A DNA stretch of 64,000 nt from Dethiobacter sp. (GCA_018335875.1 JAGXRN010000067.1:20688-84687), one strand, 5' to 3'; numbered from the stretch's first letter, positions 49,792-59,772 are shown. The notes: generated from the letters alone by a model not told the origin. A program made the numbers and translations.

Positions 49792-50697
49792 TATCTTTCT
49801 TTTTACTGAAGCTGATTCCTCTGAATTCCGACAACAACATACCTGCCACAATTAAAGCTCCACCCAAGTAAACATTGGAAGTTAAAGTTTCCTGTAGCAG
49901 CCAGACTGCAAAAAATGCCGCAAAAACAGGCTCGGTGGTAAAGATTATTGCTGTATGGCTGGGCGAGGTGAAACGCTGCATGTAGTTTTGTGTAAAAAAA
50001 GCCAGGCATGTGGCCAGCAGCGCAGTAATAATAAGGGCAGGCCAAATACCTGGTACAAATTTACCGCTCCCTGGTTCAAAAATCAGCGAGGAAACGCCGC
50101 TCAGCACTGCCACCGCAGCGATTTGCAGTGTAACAAGCCAAACAGTGGAATGATGAGTGCAGTATTTTCCGACAAAGATTATATGCAAGGCAAAGGAGAC
50201 TGCACAACATAAAACGAGTATATCTCCAAAATTGAATTGATATAACTCGCCTGCTGAAATAAAAACAAGCCCTGCAGTGGCGCATAATACACCCAGAATT
50301 ACGCCTGCGCCGGGACGCTTTCCGGTTAAAAAAGTACTTATCAACGGTACGAAAACTACAGAAAGCCCGGTTATAAAGCCGGCATTGGAGGCGGTCGTGT
50401 AAAGCAGTCCGGCTGTCTGAAAAGAATAACCGGCAAAAAGAAAAACACCGAGCATTAAGCCGGCCCTCACTGTAACTCTATTCACCTTCCTCCAGCGTGG
50501 AACGGAGAAGAGAAACATGATGAGGGCCGCCAGGCTAAAGCGGTAAAAATTAAAACTAAAGGGGGGCAGCAAAATGATGGCATTTTTCACTGTAACAAAA
50601 GTAAGGCCCCAAACAGCCGCCACGCTAATAAGTGATCCGTCGGCAAGCAGTACTTTGCGCAATTCCCTGGACAATTGGCGTATCTCCTTTGTGCCTG

Positions 50698-51321
50698 TCA
50701 GTGCAAGTTGCGGAATACTCCGATAACTTTACCTATAACAGATACATCAGGCGAGCGCAGAGGTTCGTAGAAGTCATTTTCCGGCTGCAGCCTGATGTGG
50801 TCGCTTTCCCTGAAAATGCGCTTTACTGTAGCCTCTCCGTCGAGCATGGCCACAACTATTTCCCCGTTGTTAGCGGATGACTGCTGGCGGACAATTACAT
50901 AATCTCCGTCGATGATGCCTGCGTTAACCATGCTGTCGCCCCTCACTCTGAGCATAAAGACTGTGTCCTGATGGACAATCTGCTTAGGCAGAGGGAAGTA
51001 GTCCTCAATATTCTGCTCTGCCAGGATAGGCTCGCCGGCTGTTACATGACCTACAACCGGCACACTTACTATGTCGTTGATAAAAGCCAAAGAAAGGTTA
51101 TCATCCAATAATTCAAGTGCCCTTGGCTTTGACGGGTCTCTTCGTATGTAACCTTTACTTTCGAGTTTACTAAGGTGGGCATGCACAGTGGAGCTGGAAG
51201 AGAGGCCTACTGCTTCCCCGATTTCACGCACCGAGGGAGGATAGTTCTTTTCTCTCACTTCACGGCGTATAAATTCTAATATCTGTATTTGCCTTGGGGT
51301 TAAGTCATCCATTGTCAGCAC
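50698..51321 (-). CDS. lexA: LexA repressor
   Basis: [35 protein letters not shown], an AG cleavage site, and the S..K dyad (GDSM...VKR). Confidence 0.97.
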   Translation of the reverse strand: MLTMDDLTPRQIQILEFIRREVREKNYPPSVREIGEAVGLSSSSTVHAHLSKLESKGYIRRDPSKPRALELLDDNLSLAFINDIVSVPVVGHVTAGEPILAEQNIEDYFPLPKQIVHQDTVFMLRVRGDSMVNAGIIDGDYVIVRQQSSANNGEIVVAMLDGEATVKRIFRESDHIRLQPENDFYEPLRSPDVSVIGKVIGVFRNLH

Positions 51322-51361
51322 CTCGCTTTGCCTTATTATAACAATTCAGAATTCAAAAGTC

Positions 51362-51373
51362 AAACACTTGTTC
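51362..51373. promoter_or_regulatory. SOS (Cheo) box 1, lexA-proximal
   Basis: The reverse complement is GAACAAGTGTTT, one mismatch from GAAC-N4-GTTC. Confidence 0.65.
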
Positions 51374-51398
51374 GTTTTTTTAAAATGGGCATTGACAG

Positions 51399-51410
51399 GA
51401 ACATGTGTTC
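51399..51410. promoter_or_regulatory. SOS (Cheo) box 2, perfect
   Basis: GAACATGTGTTC lies in the spacer between TTGACA (51392-51397) and TAAATT (51415-51420) of the yneA-like promoter. Confidence 0.8.
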
Positions 51411-51427
51411 GTGTTAAATTAAAAGCA

Positions 51428-51439
51428 AACAAATGTTTG
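51428..51439. promoter_or_regulatory. SOS-box-like site 3 (degenerate)
   Basis: AAACAAATGTTT has both half-sites weakened. Confidence 0.35.
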
Positions 51440-51450
51440 GGGGATTGTGT

Positions 51451-51765
51451 ATGAGAACACGGCAGCCAACTAATAAAAAAAGATATAAATCAGGTAAGAA
51501 CAGGATGGTATACCTGAAATTGCTCATTCCCGTACTGTTTTTTATATTCTTGATAAGCATGTCATTTCTCCATGTCCTGGCATCCGGTCAGGGCAGGGAA
51601 CCGATGGAGGCAGTGGTTGCCTCCGGAGACACTCTCTGGTCGCTGGCCAAGACTTATTCTCCGGCAGGTGTCGACCTGCGGGCATATGTGGACAAAGTTA
51701 TCACAGTTAACAGCCTGTCGGGTGCAGTCATTTACCCGGGCCAGGTTTTGCTCATGCCCCAGTAA
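51451..51765 (+). CDS. YneA-like SOS cell-division inhibitor (TM + LysM)
   Basis: Basic N-terminus, one TM helix, and a LysM domain (VASGDTLWSLAKTY...VNSLSGAVIYPGQVLLMP). It is divergent from lexA and has SOS boxes in its promoter. The ATG follows GGGGGA. Confidence 0.7.
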   Translation: MRTRQPTNKKRYKSGKNRMVYLKLLIPVLFFIFLISMSFLHVLASGQGREPMEAVVASGDTLWSLAKTYSPAGVDLRAYVDKVITVNSLSGAVIYPGQVLLMPQ

Positions 51766-51826
51766 ATTTCCCGGTAATAAAAAATAAACCTCCGGCAATG
51801 CTAATAAGCAATCGGAGGTGTATAAC

Positions 51827-52000
51827 ATGACCAATGATGTGCCATGGCAGGTGTCTGATATCTATCATGACGATCCCGAATCATTCCCGCTGGAAGACTA
51901 TTTTCCACTCCTGGCAGAATACAGTGATGCCGCTGACAGCAAAGCTGCAAGGTGGCAGGATGAGGCAGCAGACTATTATTTCAACGATGGCCAACACTAA
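51827..52000 (+). CDS. Hypothetical small acidic protein (57 aa)
   Basis: ATG lies 7 nt after GGAGGTG. The protein is strongly acidic with Asp/Tyr repeats, and I recognise no family. Confidence 0.4.
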   Translation: MTNDVPWQVSDIYHDDPESFPLEDYFPLLAEYSDAADSKAARWQDEAADYYFNDGQH

Positions 52001-53563
52001 CTAGGGTTGGCCTTTTACTATATCTTTTTTGTAGTCTCCGTTTCCGTTTAAAGCTGAAATCATAATATATTTGTTTATCCCATGCAGGTAAGCTTTGACT
52101 GAAGCTTCGATGATGTCAGTGGAAGTACCGCGGCCTGTAATTGTTTTTTCACCGAAAGTGAGCTTGATGGATACCTCGCCCAGAGCTTTTCTGCCTTCAG
52201 TTACGCCGCGCAGGTTATAATTGTCCAGGCGCGGGTTAATACCGGTAATCTTATCAATGGCGTTGTAGGCAGCATCGATGGGACCTGCCCCACAGTCAGT
52301 GGAGATAAAAGTGCTGTCTTCTTTTTTAAGTTTTACCACAGCCGAGGGAATGCTTTTTGTGCCGCTTACAGTCTGCAGGTAATCCAGTGTATAAGTTGGC
52401 GCTGCATAAGCGAGGCGGTCCGCCATCAAAGCTTCCAGGTCTTCGCGGAAAACCTCTTTTTTCTTGTCGGCAAGATCGATGAAATCGTGGTAAAATTGCT
52501 CAAGCTCCTCATCGCCAAGTGTAAATCCCATCTCCTGCAGTTCATTCTTCACAGCATGGCGGCCTGAACGCGCTGTAAGCACCATGACGGCAGCCCGGCC
52601 CCCGATTAGCTCAGCGTCGATAATTTCGTACGTGGATTTATCTTTCAGTACGCCATCCTGGTGGATACCCGATGAATGAGCGAAGGCATTGATCCCAATC
52701 ACAGCTTTGTTGACAGGAATCGGTATCCCTGTCAGGCTGCTTACAAGACGGCTGGTTTTGTAAATCTCACGCAGGTTTATATCAGTTCTATAATTGGCAA
52801 AATAGTCCTGCCTGATGAGAAGAGCAACCACTATCTCCTCCAGCGACGCATTGCCGGCGCGTTCCCCAATCCCATTGATATTGCACTCAACCTGACGGGC
52901 GCCGTTTTGGACTGCTATCAGCGAATTGGCCACGGCCATACCCAGGTCATTATGGCAGTGTACGCTCAGTGTAACTTTATCAATAAGTGGGACACGGTTA
53001 ACAATATTTTTAATCAGCTGCCCGTACTGTTCCGGGACGGCGTATCCTACAGTATCAGGGATATTAACCACCGTAGCGCCGGCTTTGATAACAGCTTCGA
53101 TTACACGACACATATAATCTTCGTCGCTGCGTGTAGCATCTTCAAGGGAGTACTGAATGTCTGAAGTTAATCTCTTGCCGTATTTAACAGCTTCCACAGC
53201 TAAGTCAAGAATGGTATCCCTGTCTTTGCCGAATTTCTTCTGGATGTGTATGTCCGAAGAACCGGCAAAGATATGGATACGGGGGCGTTCGGAATACTTT
53301 ACAGCTTCCCAGGCATCATCTATATCCCCTTGGACGATACGCGCCAGGCCGGTAATAATCGGGCCTTTTACTTCTTTGGCTATATTCTGTACCGCCTTTA
53401 ATTCCCCGGGTGATGAAACAGGAAACCCGGCTTCAATTATATCTACATTCAGCCTTGCCAGTTGTTTGGCTATTTTAAGCTTTTCTTCCTGGTTAAGCTT
53501 TGCACCAGGAGTTTGCTCCCCGTCACGCAGCGTAGAATCAAAAATCATCACCTTTTCAGTCAT
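52001..53563 (-). CDS. leuA: 2-isopropylmalate synthase (long form with C-terminal regulatory domain)
   Basis: IFDSTLRDGEQ, HCHNDLGMAVANS and the LeuA dimerisation/regulatory C-terminus. ATG at 53563 follows GAGGAGGT. A Leu-specific T-box lies upstream. Confidence 0.9.
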   Translation of the reverse strand: MTEKVMIFDSTLRDGEQTPGAKLNQEEKLKIAKQLARLNVDIIEAGFPVSSPGELKAVQNIAKEVKGPIITGLARIVQGDIDDAWEAVKYSERPRIHIFAGSSDIHIQKKFGKDRDTILDLAVEAVKYGKRLTSDIQYSLEDATRSDEDYMCRVIEAVIKAGATVVNIPDTVGYAVPEQYGQLIKNIVNRVPLIDKVTLSVHCHNDLGMAVANSLIAVQNGARQVECNINGIGERAGNASLEEIVVALLIRQDYFANYRTDINLREIYKTSRLVSSLTGIPIPVNKAVIGINAFAHSSGIHQDGVLKDKSTYEIIDAELIGGRAAVMVLTARSGRHAVKNELQEMGFTLGDEELEQFYHDFIDLADKKKEVFREDLEALMADRLAYAAPTYTLDYLQTVSGTKSIPSAVVKLKKEDSTFISTDCGAGPIDAAYNAIDKITGINPRLDNYNLRGVTEGRKALGEVSIKLTFGEKTITGRGTSTDIIEASVKAYLHGINKYIMISALNGNGDYKKDIVKGQP

Positions 53564-53585
53564 TGCAATAACCTCCTCGTTGTTT

Positions 53586-53833
53586 TTTAAAAACAAAAAA
53601 CCCTTTTCACTCCATAGAGACGAAAAGGGTAATCCGCGGTACCACTCTAATTGGCATAGTATGCCCACTTAAGCCCGTAACGAGGGAATGCGGCCAGGTC
53701 TACTCGTTTCCTTTCGGCTGGCACTCCGGGGTGAGTTTCAGTCAGGATCTAGGGCCGCCTCACACCTACCCGGCGGCTCTCTGTTTCCTAATGCCGGACT
53801 TACTGTCCCCGTCATCGTTTTAAATATTAATTA
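53586..53833 (-). promoter_or_regulatory. T-box riboswitch leader, CUC (Leu) specifier
   Basis: All elements are on the minus strand. There is an AGAGAG box. The specifier loop reads GAAA-CUC-A, with CUC at 53733-53735. The T-box sequence is AATTAGAGTGGTACCGCGG (53634-53652). The terminator is ACCCTTTTC / GAAAAGGGT + T6 (53595-53630). Confidence 0.85.
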
Positions 53834-53839
53834 CTGTCT

Positions 53840-53867
53840 ATCATACCAAATTTCAGGCAAATGTCAA
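53840..53867 (-). promoter_or_regulatory. Candidate promoter for the T-box/leuA transcript
   Basis: TTGACA, 16 nt spacer, TATGAT on the minus strand. Confidence 0.5.
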
Positions 53868-53958
53868 ATACTTTTTTCAGGATTTTTTTGCAACATTTGC
53901 CAACGAAGTCAATTATGGGTTAATATAGGGTAATAAGACCCAAAAGAGAGGCTGTATT

Positions 53959-54918
53959 GTGAAAAACAAACTCTACGCCGCAATAGATTTGGGAGGCACT
54001 AAAATTTATACTGTCCTCGCTGACAGCCAGGGCGCCATTTTAGCCGCCGCCAGACTGCCAAGCGCCGCTGCTCTGGGACCAGATGCTGTTATGCAGCAGA
54101 TGGCAGTGTCAGTTGGCACGGTGCTTGACGAAGCTCAACTTAACAGAGAAGACGTCTTGGCTGTGGGTGTTTGTGCCGCCGGCTTTTTTGACTGGCAGGA
54201 AAAGGTGATGGTTAGTTCACCGAATCTGCCCGGATTTTCCGGAGTGGCCCTGGAGAAGCGCCTCAGCAGCCTTCTGGGGCTTAAAGTGCTGGCTGAGAAT
54301 GACGCAAACGCTGCGGCTCTGGGCGAGGCGCGACTGGGCGCCGGCCGGGGTTGCAGTGAGGTGGTGTATGTTACAGTTAGTACCGGTATTGGTGCAGGAC
54401 TGATCATTAATGGCCGCATTTATCGCGGCGGCAGAGGATTTGCCGGCGAATTGGGGCACATGGTTGTTAAACCGGATGGACCTGTGTGTGGCTGCGGCCG
54501 CCGCGGTTGCCTGGAGGCGGTCTCCTCCGGTACGGCCATTGCCAGGGCGGCAAAGGAAGCGGTGAACCAGGGAGCAGCAACAATATTAAAAACTGCAGCT
54601 GACGGCCAACTGACGGCGCCCGCTGTGTTTGCAGCGGCTTCACAGGGGGACGCGGTCGCCCTGTCTGTGTTGCAACACGCCGTCCATTACCTTGGTATGG
54701 GCCTGGTTAATGTCGTCAACATGTTTAATCCTGAAGTTATAGTAATCGGCGGGGGTGTGGCGGAGGCGGGCGAAACTTTTCTGTCGCCGCTCTCGGAAAT
54801 TATTGCTGCCCGGGCTGTCCCACCGGCAGCTTCATCGGTTGCGCTGAAGAAAGCGCAACTTGGTGTAAAAGCAGGCGTTGCAGGTATGATATGCCTGTTG
54901 GCCGAGACGGATGGTTAA
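53959..54918 (+). CDS. glk: ROK-family glucokinase
   Basis: IDLGGTK, ENDANAAALGE and the Zn motif GHM..CGCGRRGCLE. Confidence 0.88.
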   Translation: MKNKLYAAIDLGGTKIYTVLADSQGAILAAARLPSAAALGPDAVMQQMAVSVGTVLDEAQLNREDVLAVGVCAAGFFDWQEKVMVSSPNLPGFSGVALEKRLSSLLGLKVLAENDANAAALGEARLGAGRGCSEVVYVTVSTGIGAGLIINGRIYRGGRGFAGELGHMVVKPDGPVCGCGRRGCLEAVSSGTAIARAAKEAVNQGAATILKTAADGQLTAPAVFAAASQGDAVALSVLQHAVHYLGMGLVNVVNMFNPEVIVIGGGVAEAGETFLSPLSEIIAARAVPPAASSVALKKAQLGVKAGVAGMICLLAETDG

Positions 54919-54996
54919 TCTAAGATTAAAGCAAGAAAAAAGGGAAACTTCTGAGCTTCCCCCTGTATTTACAGCTATACAGCTGCTGTTGAATCT

Positions 54997-55749
54997 TCAC
55001 GATAGTTTTGGGCCAAAAGCTTTATCCGCAAAAGACGGGTAGATATTGGCCACTTCCTGGCGCACAGCGCCCCGCAGGAGTTTCAATTCATCCTCAGTCG
55101 GCGCCTTTGTCTCAAAACATTGGCCGCGGTGGAATGACAGCTCAAAGCCGGTATTAGCCTGAACCTCTTCTGGTGTGTAGCCGGGGTGGACGGAGAGGAG
55201 TTCAAGGAAGCCTGTTTCACTGTTTCTTACCATCACAGCAAGGGGCGTAATCACAATATGCAGTCCTCCTGGGCGGTAGACGGAGGGAGGCGGGGAGGCG
55301 CTGCTGGTGATGAAATCAACTTTTTCCACAAAAGTCCTCACTGTATGATCGGTCTTAAAAAGGATAACTTTTTTTACCATGTAATACAGCATCGATGATC
55401 CGGCGCCGCCGGGCAGTCTGACACTGGGTTTTTTATAGTCTCCAATGGCATGCAGGTTGATGTTGCCGAGGCGGTCAATTTGAGCGCCGCTTAGAAAAAA
55501 GTAATCAAAACGGCCCCTCTGGGCAGCGTGAAAAAATTCGAAGCTCCCTTCTGAGAAAGGCCACCAGTCTTTGCTGCCAAGGATATAAACGTCGCTTTGT
55601 GGCGCGTGACTTGCTTTTGCCAGAATACCAGCGGTGGCGGGGATGGGTGAGAAGGTGCCTACGGCCACAACCTCACCGTTTTTTATTTCCCTGGAGATAA
55701 TAGTTGCCATTAATTCTTCTGTTGTATAAGTACGCCCGGCGTCTGTCAA
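54997..55749 (-). CDS. CoA-transferase subunit B (glutaconate/3-oxoacid CoA-transferase family)
   Basis: FLSGAQIDRLGNINL and RLPGGAGS motifs. It overlaps the A-subunit stop. Confidence 0.85.
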   Translation of the reverse strand: MTDAGRTYTTEELMATIISREIKNGEVVAVGTFSPIPATAGILAKASHAPQSDVYILGSKDWWPFSEGSFEFFHAAQRGRFDYFFLSGAQIDRLGNINLHAIGDYKKPSVRLPGGAGSSMLYYMVKKVILFKTDHTVRTFVEKVDFITSSASPPPSVYRPGGLHIVITPLAVMVRNSETGFLELLSVHPGYTPEEVQANTGFELSFHRGQCFETKAPTEDELKLLRGAVRQEVANIYPSFADKAFGPKLS

Positions 55750-56576
55750 GAAAAGTCACCTCCGTTTTGCAAGCGGCGGCAGAATTCTTCCAGATAAGTG
55801 GAAAATGCTGAAGCATCCTTAGCCGCGCGCAGGTATGCCTGCATCTCTGCCATATTGAGCGGGTATATACTGCCGCAGGCGGTGGGGTAGGCGCCACCGG
55901 GCAAATGTACTACTGCATCCACATGGACGCGGCTGACAAAGTTGCCGCGCTGAGTGGCCTTTAGTTCTTTTGAGTCCACTATTTCTTCGGCTGACACTAT
56001 TACTTTTTGTGAAGACTTTGCTAATAGTGCATCGTCGGTGCCGCTGTTTAGAATACAGTTGCCGAACTTATCCGCTCTGAACGCATGTATTATGGTAAAA
56101 TCAGGGCTTAGCGCAGGCACTACCAAAATGTCATCGTCGCCAAAGGGATTGCGGATTATTTTAAAATCCGGCCTGACACGCGGGTAGTCGGTACCTATCA
56201 CCCCGCGAACCGGCATAAAGGGAATTCCCATCGCTCCAGCCTGGAGCGCAGAAAGTAAGCCGGGTCAGGTATGGTCCAGTGTGGCAATACTGCCGTCCTG
56301 CGCCCTGCGCCTGAAATTAGGGGCCATACCAAGTTCCTCAAAACCGACCTGGGCAAATTCTATGATACGTGCAGCGCCGGCACCAATCAGCATGTCAGCC
56401 ACAAATCCACCTGTGGGAGATACCACCAGGTGAAAATCTTTCTTCCCAAGTAAAATCAGATTGGCTGCCAGGGAAACCGCGTTCATGGACATGGGGTCTC
56501 CACCCAAGCCCAGTATCGATCCGTCCCGGACAAGGGAAATAGCTTCTTGTGGAGACATAATTTTTTCAGCAGGCAA
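55746..56576 (-). CDS. CoA-transferase subunit A interrupted by one in-frame TGA (56265-56267): selenocysteine candidate or pseudogene
   Basis: ORFs 56265..56576 and 55746..56231 are in the same frame, separated only by TGA plus 11 sense codons. The joined sequence reads ...SIATLDHT-TGA-PGLLSALQAGAMGIPFMPVRGVIGTDY..., colinear with family-I CoA-transferase alpha subunits. The hairpin CGCUCCA-GGC-UGGAGCG (56232-56248) starts 16 nt after the UGA. Confidence 0.6.
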
Positions 56577-56738
56577 TCAGTACACCCCCTTGTTTTCATA
56601 CTATTTTGACATAAAATTAAGAAGTCCTGCAAGTTAAAAAAAATAGCAATGTTGTATACATTGTCAAAATTTGCTGTAGTAAACAGGAATTGGGCTTAGT
56701 TCTGTAGAAAAGCTATTTGATTAGAATAATAGAAGCAG

Positions 56739-57479
56739 GTGAAAACTTTGATTAAAGCAATCCTGTTTGACCTGGACGGAACACTGCTTGCTGTCGATAT
56801 GGATGAATTCCTGAGAAAATACTTTGTCAGTCTGTCGGCGCATTTTGCACACCTGGTGGAACCTCATGATTTTATCTCCACACTGCTGGCTTCCACGCAG
56901 GCAATGATGGTAAATGACGACCCGCATCTGACAAACCGCGAAGTTTTTATGGACGATTTTTTCAGGCGTCTTTCTCAACCACCTGAGGTGATAATGCCTA
57001 TGATTGACAGCTTTTATGAAAATGTTTTCCCGGAACTGCGGCAATTTGTGTCTGTTTTTCCTGAGGCGCCCGAAATTGTGTCCGCGGCAAAAAGCCTGGA
57101 TTGCAGGGTTGTGATTGCCACCAATCCGCTCTTTCCGTCTAGGGCTATCAGGCACCGCATGAACTGGGCCGGCATCTCCGGTTTCGATTTTGACCTTGTC
57201 ACTACTTACGAAAACATGCACTATTGTAAACCAAACCCCAATTACTACCTGGAAATCTGCAGCCAGATCGGTCTTGATCCCAATCAGTGCCTTATGGTTG
57301 GCAACGATGTGGAAGATGATATAGCCGCTGCTGCCAATGTGGGGATGAAAACAGTTTTTGTAAATACCATGGCAGTTAACAAATCCGGCATTGAACCACT
57401 GGCGGACTATACAGTCTCAGTAGGAGAGCTAAAAGATCTTCTCGTGCAGATTGTACAGTCAGGCAACGGGAGGGTTTAA
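56739..57479 (+). CDS. HAD-superfamily hydrolase
   Basis: ILFDLDGTLL (motif I), ATN (motif II) and VGNDVEDDI (motif IV). Confidence 0.85.
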   Translation: MKTLIKAILFDLDGTLLAVDMDEFLRKYFVSLSAHFAHLVEPHDFISTLLASTQAMMVNDDPHLTNREVFMDDFFRRLSQPPEVIMPMIDSFYENVFPELRQFVSVFPEAPEIVSAAKSLDCRVVIATNPLFPSRAIRHRMNWAGISGFDFDLVTTYENMHYCKPNPNYYLEICSQIGLDPNQCLMVGNDVEDDIAAAANVGMKTVFVNTMAVNKSGIEPLADYTVSVGELKDLLVQIVQSGNGRV

Positions 57480-57480
57480 A

Positions 57481-59313
57481 GTGAGTGCCGTCTACTCAAA
57501 TAAACTTTATGATGTTTCTGGGCGCCTGGTTGATGTGGCTATGGGAAGGGCCCCGGCAGACCTTGTTATACAGGGAGGAGCGCTGGTTAATGTTAACACC
57601 GCCGAAGTTCTTCAGGGGGTGGATGTGGCAATTGTCAGCGGCAGGATTGTCATTGTGGGCGATGCCTCTCATACCGTGGGTCCCTCCACAGAAATAATAG
57701 ATGCAGCAGGCTGCTTTATGGCCCCTGGGTTTTTAGACGGGCATATACACGTGGAAAGCAGTATGGTTACTGTATCCGGCTTCGCCCGTGCAGTACTGCC
57801 TCACGGCACCACCGGCATTTTTATGGATCCTCACGAAATTGCAAATGTACTGGGACTTGAAGGGGTCCGCATGATGCACGAGGAGGGCAAAACCCTGCCG
57901 CTTCGTGTTTTTACCACAGTACCATCCTGTGTTCCTGCCGCTCCCGGCATGGAGGATGCAGGCGCCGTTATCGGCCCGGACGAGGTCAGGGAAGCCTTAT
58001 CGTGGGACGGCGTAGTCGGATTGGGTGAGATGATGAACTTCCCCGGAGTACTGGCCAATGATTCGCAAATCCTGTCTTTGCTGAGAGAGGCTCTGGCGGC
58101 CGGCAAGGTGGCAACAGGGCATTATGCCATGCCCGAAAACGGCAATGGCCTGCAGGCATATACAGCCGCCGGCATTTCGTCGTGCCACGAGTCGGTGCGG
58201 AAGGAAGATGCACTGGCTAAAATGCGACTCGGCATGTACGCCATGCTGCGCGAGGGCTCAGCCTGGCACGATGTCAGAGAGACTATACGTGCCGTTACTG
58301 AGCATAGAATCGACAGCAGCCTTTGTTTACTCGTTTCAGATGACACTCATCCTGACACTTTACTCGCCAAAGGGCATCTCAACCATGTGATAAAAAGGGC
58401 CATCGAGGAGGGTGTTAACCCTGTGCGTGCTATCCAGATGGCAACAATAAACGTGGCGCGCTACTTTAACCAGGCACATGAACTGGGCAGCATTTCACCC
58501 GGCAAATATGCTGACATTGTCCTCTTGTCAAGTCTTGCCGGAGTGAGAGTTGAGCAGGTGCTCGTTGCCGGTAAAACGGTGGCGCAAAACGGCCGCCTGC
58601 TTGCCGACCTGCCGCAGGTCAAATACCCTGTTTCAGCTTACCACTCAATACGTATGGCAAAACTGCTGGAAGAAGATGATTTTACCGTTAAGGCGCCACA
58701 GCAAACAGGCACTGTAACCCTGAGGGCAATCAGGATAGAAGAGGCTCAGGTGGGCACAAAACAGGAGCTGGTGAGCGTTGCTGTAAAAGACGGGAAAGTC
58801 AGTGCAGACACTGAAATCGACCTGGCTAAAGCCGCAGTATTTGAACGTCACAGCGGTAACGGTAGTTACTCGCTGGGTTTTGTGCGAGGCTTCGGCTTCA
58901 GGCACGGCGCAGTCGCCTCCACAGTGGCACATGACAGCCACAATCTCCTTATTCTCGGCACCAATGATGCAGACATGGCTGTGGCCGGGAATATTCTGGC
59001 CGAGCACGGAGGAGGGATGGTGGCGGTTGCTGACGGCGAAGTGCTGGCTCTTGTTGAACTTCCCATAGCGGGCTTGCTCTCTGACAGGCCTGTGGCAGAA
59101 GTAGCCCGTGCAGTTTCAGAGCTTAGCTTTGCCTGGCGCAGGCTGGGGTGTCAGTTGGTTTCGCCTTTTATGACCATGGCCCTCTTATCACTCCCCGTAA
59201 TCCCTGAACTGCGCCTGACCAATCGTGGCCTTGTTGACGTCACCAGTTTCTCCCTTGTAAGCCTTTTTGCCTCACAGAACAGTATAGAGTCAGCATCATT
59301 CGGTAATAACTAA
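57481..59313 (+). CDS. ade: Adenine deaminase
   Basis: DLVIQGG..VDVAIVSGRI, PGFLDGHIHVESS, and the VAHDSHNL and VADG regions. GTG at 57481 follows GGGAGGG. Confidence 0.92.
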   Translation: MSAVYSNKLYDVSGRLVDVAMGRAPADLVIQGGALVNVNTAEVLQGVDVAIVSGRIVIVGDASHTVGPSTEIIDAAGCFMAPGFLDGHIHVESSMVTVSGFARAVLPHGTTGIFMDPHEIANVLGLEGVRMMHEEGKTLPLRVFTTVPSCVPAAPGMEDAGAVIGPDEVREALSWDGVVGLGEMMNFPGVLANDSQILSLLREALAAGKVATGHYAMPENGNGLQAYTAAGISSCHESVRKEDALAKMRLGMYAMLREGSAWHDVRETIRAVTEHRIDSSLCLLVSDDTHPDTLLAKGHLNHVIKRAIEEGVNPVRAIQMATINVARYFNQAHELGSISPGKYADIVLLSSLAGVRVEQVLVAGKTVAQNGRLLADLPQVKYPVSAYHSIRMAKLLEEDDFTVKAPQQTGTVTLRAIRIEEAQVGTKQELVSVAVKDGKVSADTEIDLAKAAVFERHSGNGSYSLGFVRGFGFRHGAVASTVAHDSHNLLILGTNDADMAVAGNILAEHGGGMVAVADGEVLALVELPIAGLLSDRPVAEVARAVSELSFAWRRLGCQLVSPFMTMALLSLPVIPELRLTNRGLVDVTSFSLVSLFASQNSIESASFGNN

Positions 59314-59344
59314 AGAACAAATTTCTGCAGCAGGGGCGGCGACA

Positions 59345-59743
59345 ATGAAGCAAAGGGTGGTAATAGGAAAATTCCGTTCACAGGATAATGCCAGGCTGGC
59401 AATTTGGGAATTGGGTGAACAGGGTTACTGCCAGGTCTTTTTCTATCAGATAGGAAAAGAGCCGGTGCAGGGGGTGGATCCAATGAACAACCCATACTCC
59501 GGCGAACTTCCGGCTTATGCCCGCGGTGTAATGGGCAGCGACATTGCTGTGGAGGGGCGCTCCAGCGCCAATCTCTACAGCGCTGAAGACGCAAAACGGA
59601 TTATGGGCGGGCAGACGGGCGAACCGCCCGCTTATGCCGTGGCGGTCAATGTCACTGACAGCGAGAAACCCCACTTCGCTGAGGATATACTCAACAAACA
59701 CGGTGCGGACTCCGAAACGCACGAGATTGAAACAGACAACTAA
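59345..59743 (+). CDS. Hypothetical protein (132 aa)
   Basis: Coding-like ORF followed by a terminator. No motif recognised. Confidence 0.5.
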   Translation: MKQRVVIGKFRSQDNARLAIWELGEQGYCQVFFYQIGKEPVQGVDPMNNPYSGELPAYARGVMGSDIAVEGRSSANLYSAEDAKRIMGGQTGEPPAYAVAVNVTDSEKPHFAEDILNKHGADSETHEIETDN

Positions 59744-59748
59744 ATACT

Positions 59749-59769
59749 GCGCCAAACGGCGCTTTTTTT
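59749..59769 (+). terminator. Rho-independent terminator
   Basis: GCGCC-AAAC-GGCGC + T7. Confidence 0.75.
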
Positions 59770-59772
59770 ATT

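Noticed and set aside
53157-53933. Plus-strand ORFs of 171 aa and 81 aa
   Set aside because: The first is antisense to leuA. The second lies over the minus-strand T-box leader and promoter, which explain the region better.
55746-56576. Treating 55746..56231 and 56265..56576 as two independent small genes
   Set aside because: They are in the same frame and separated by a single TGA. The second has no RBS of its own, and together they reconstitute one CoA-transferase alpha subunit.
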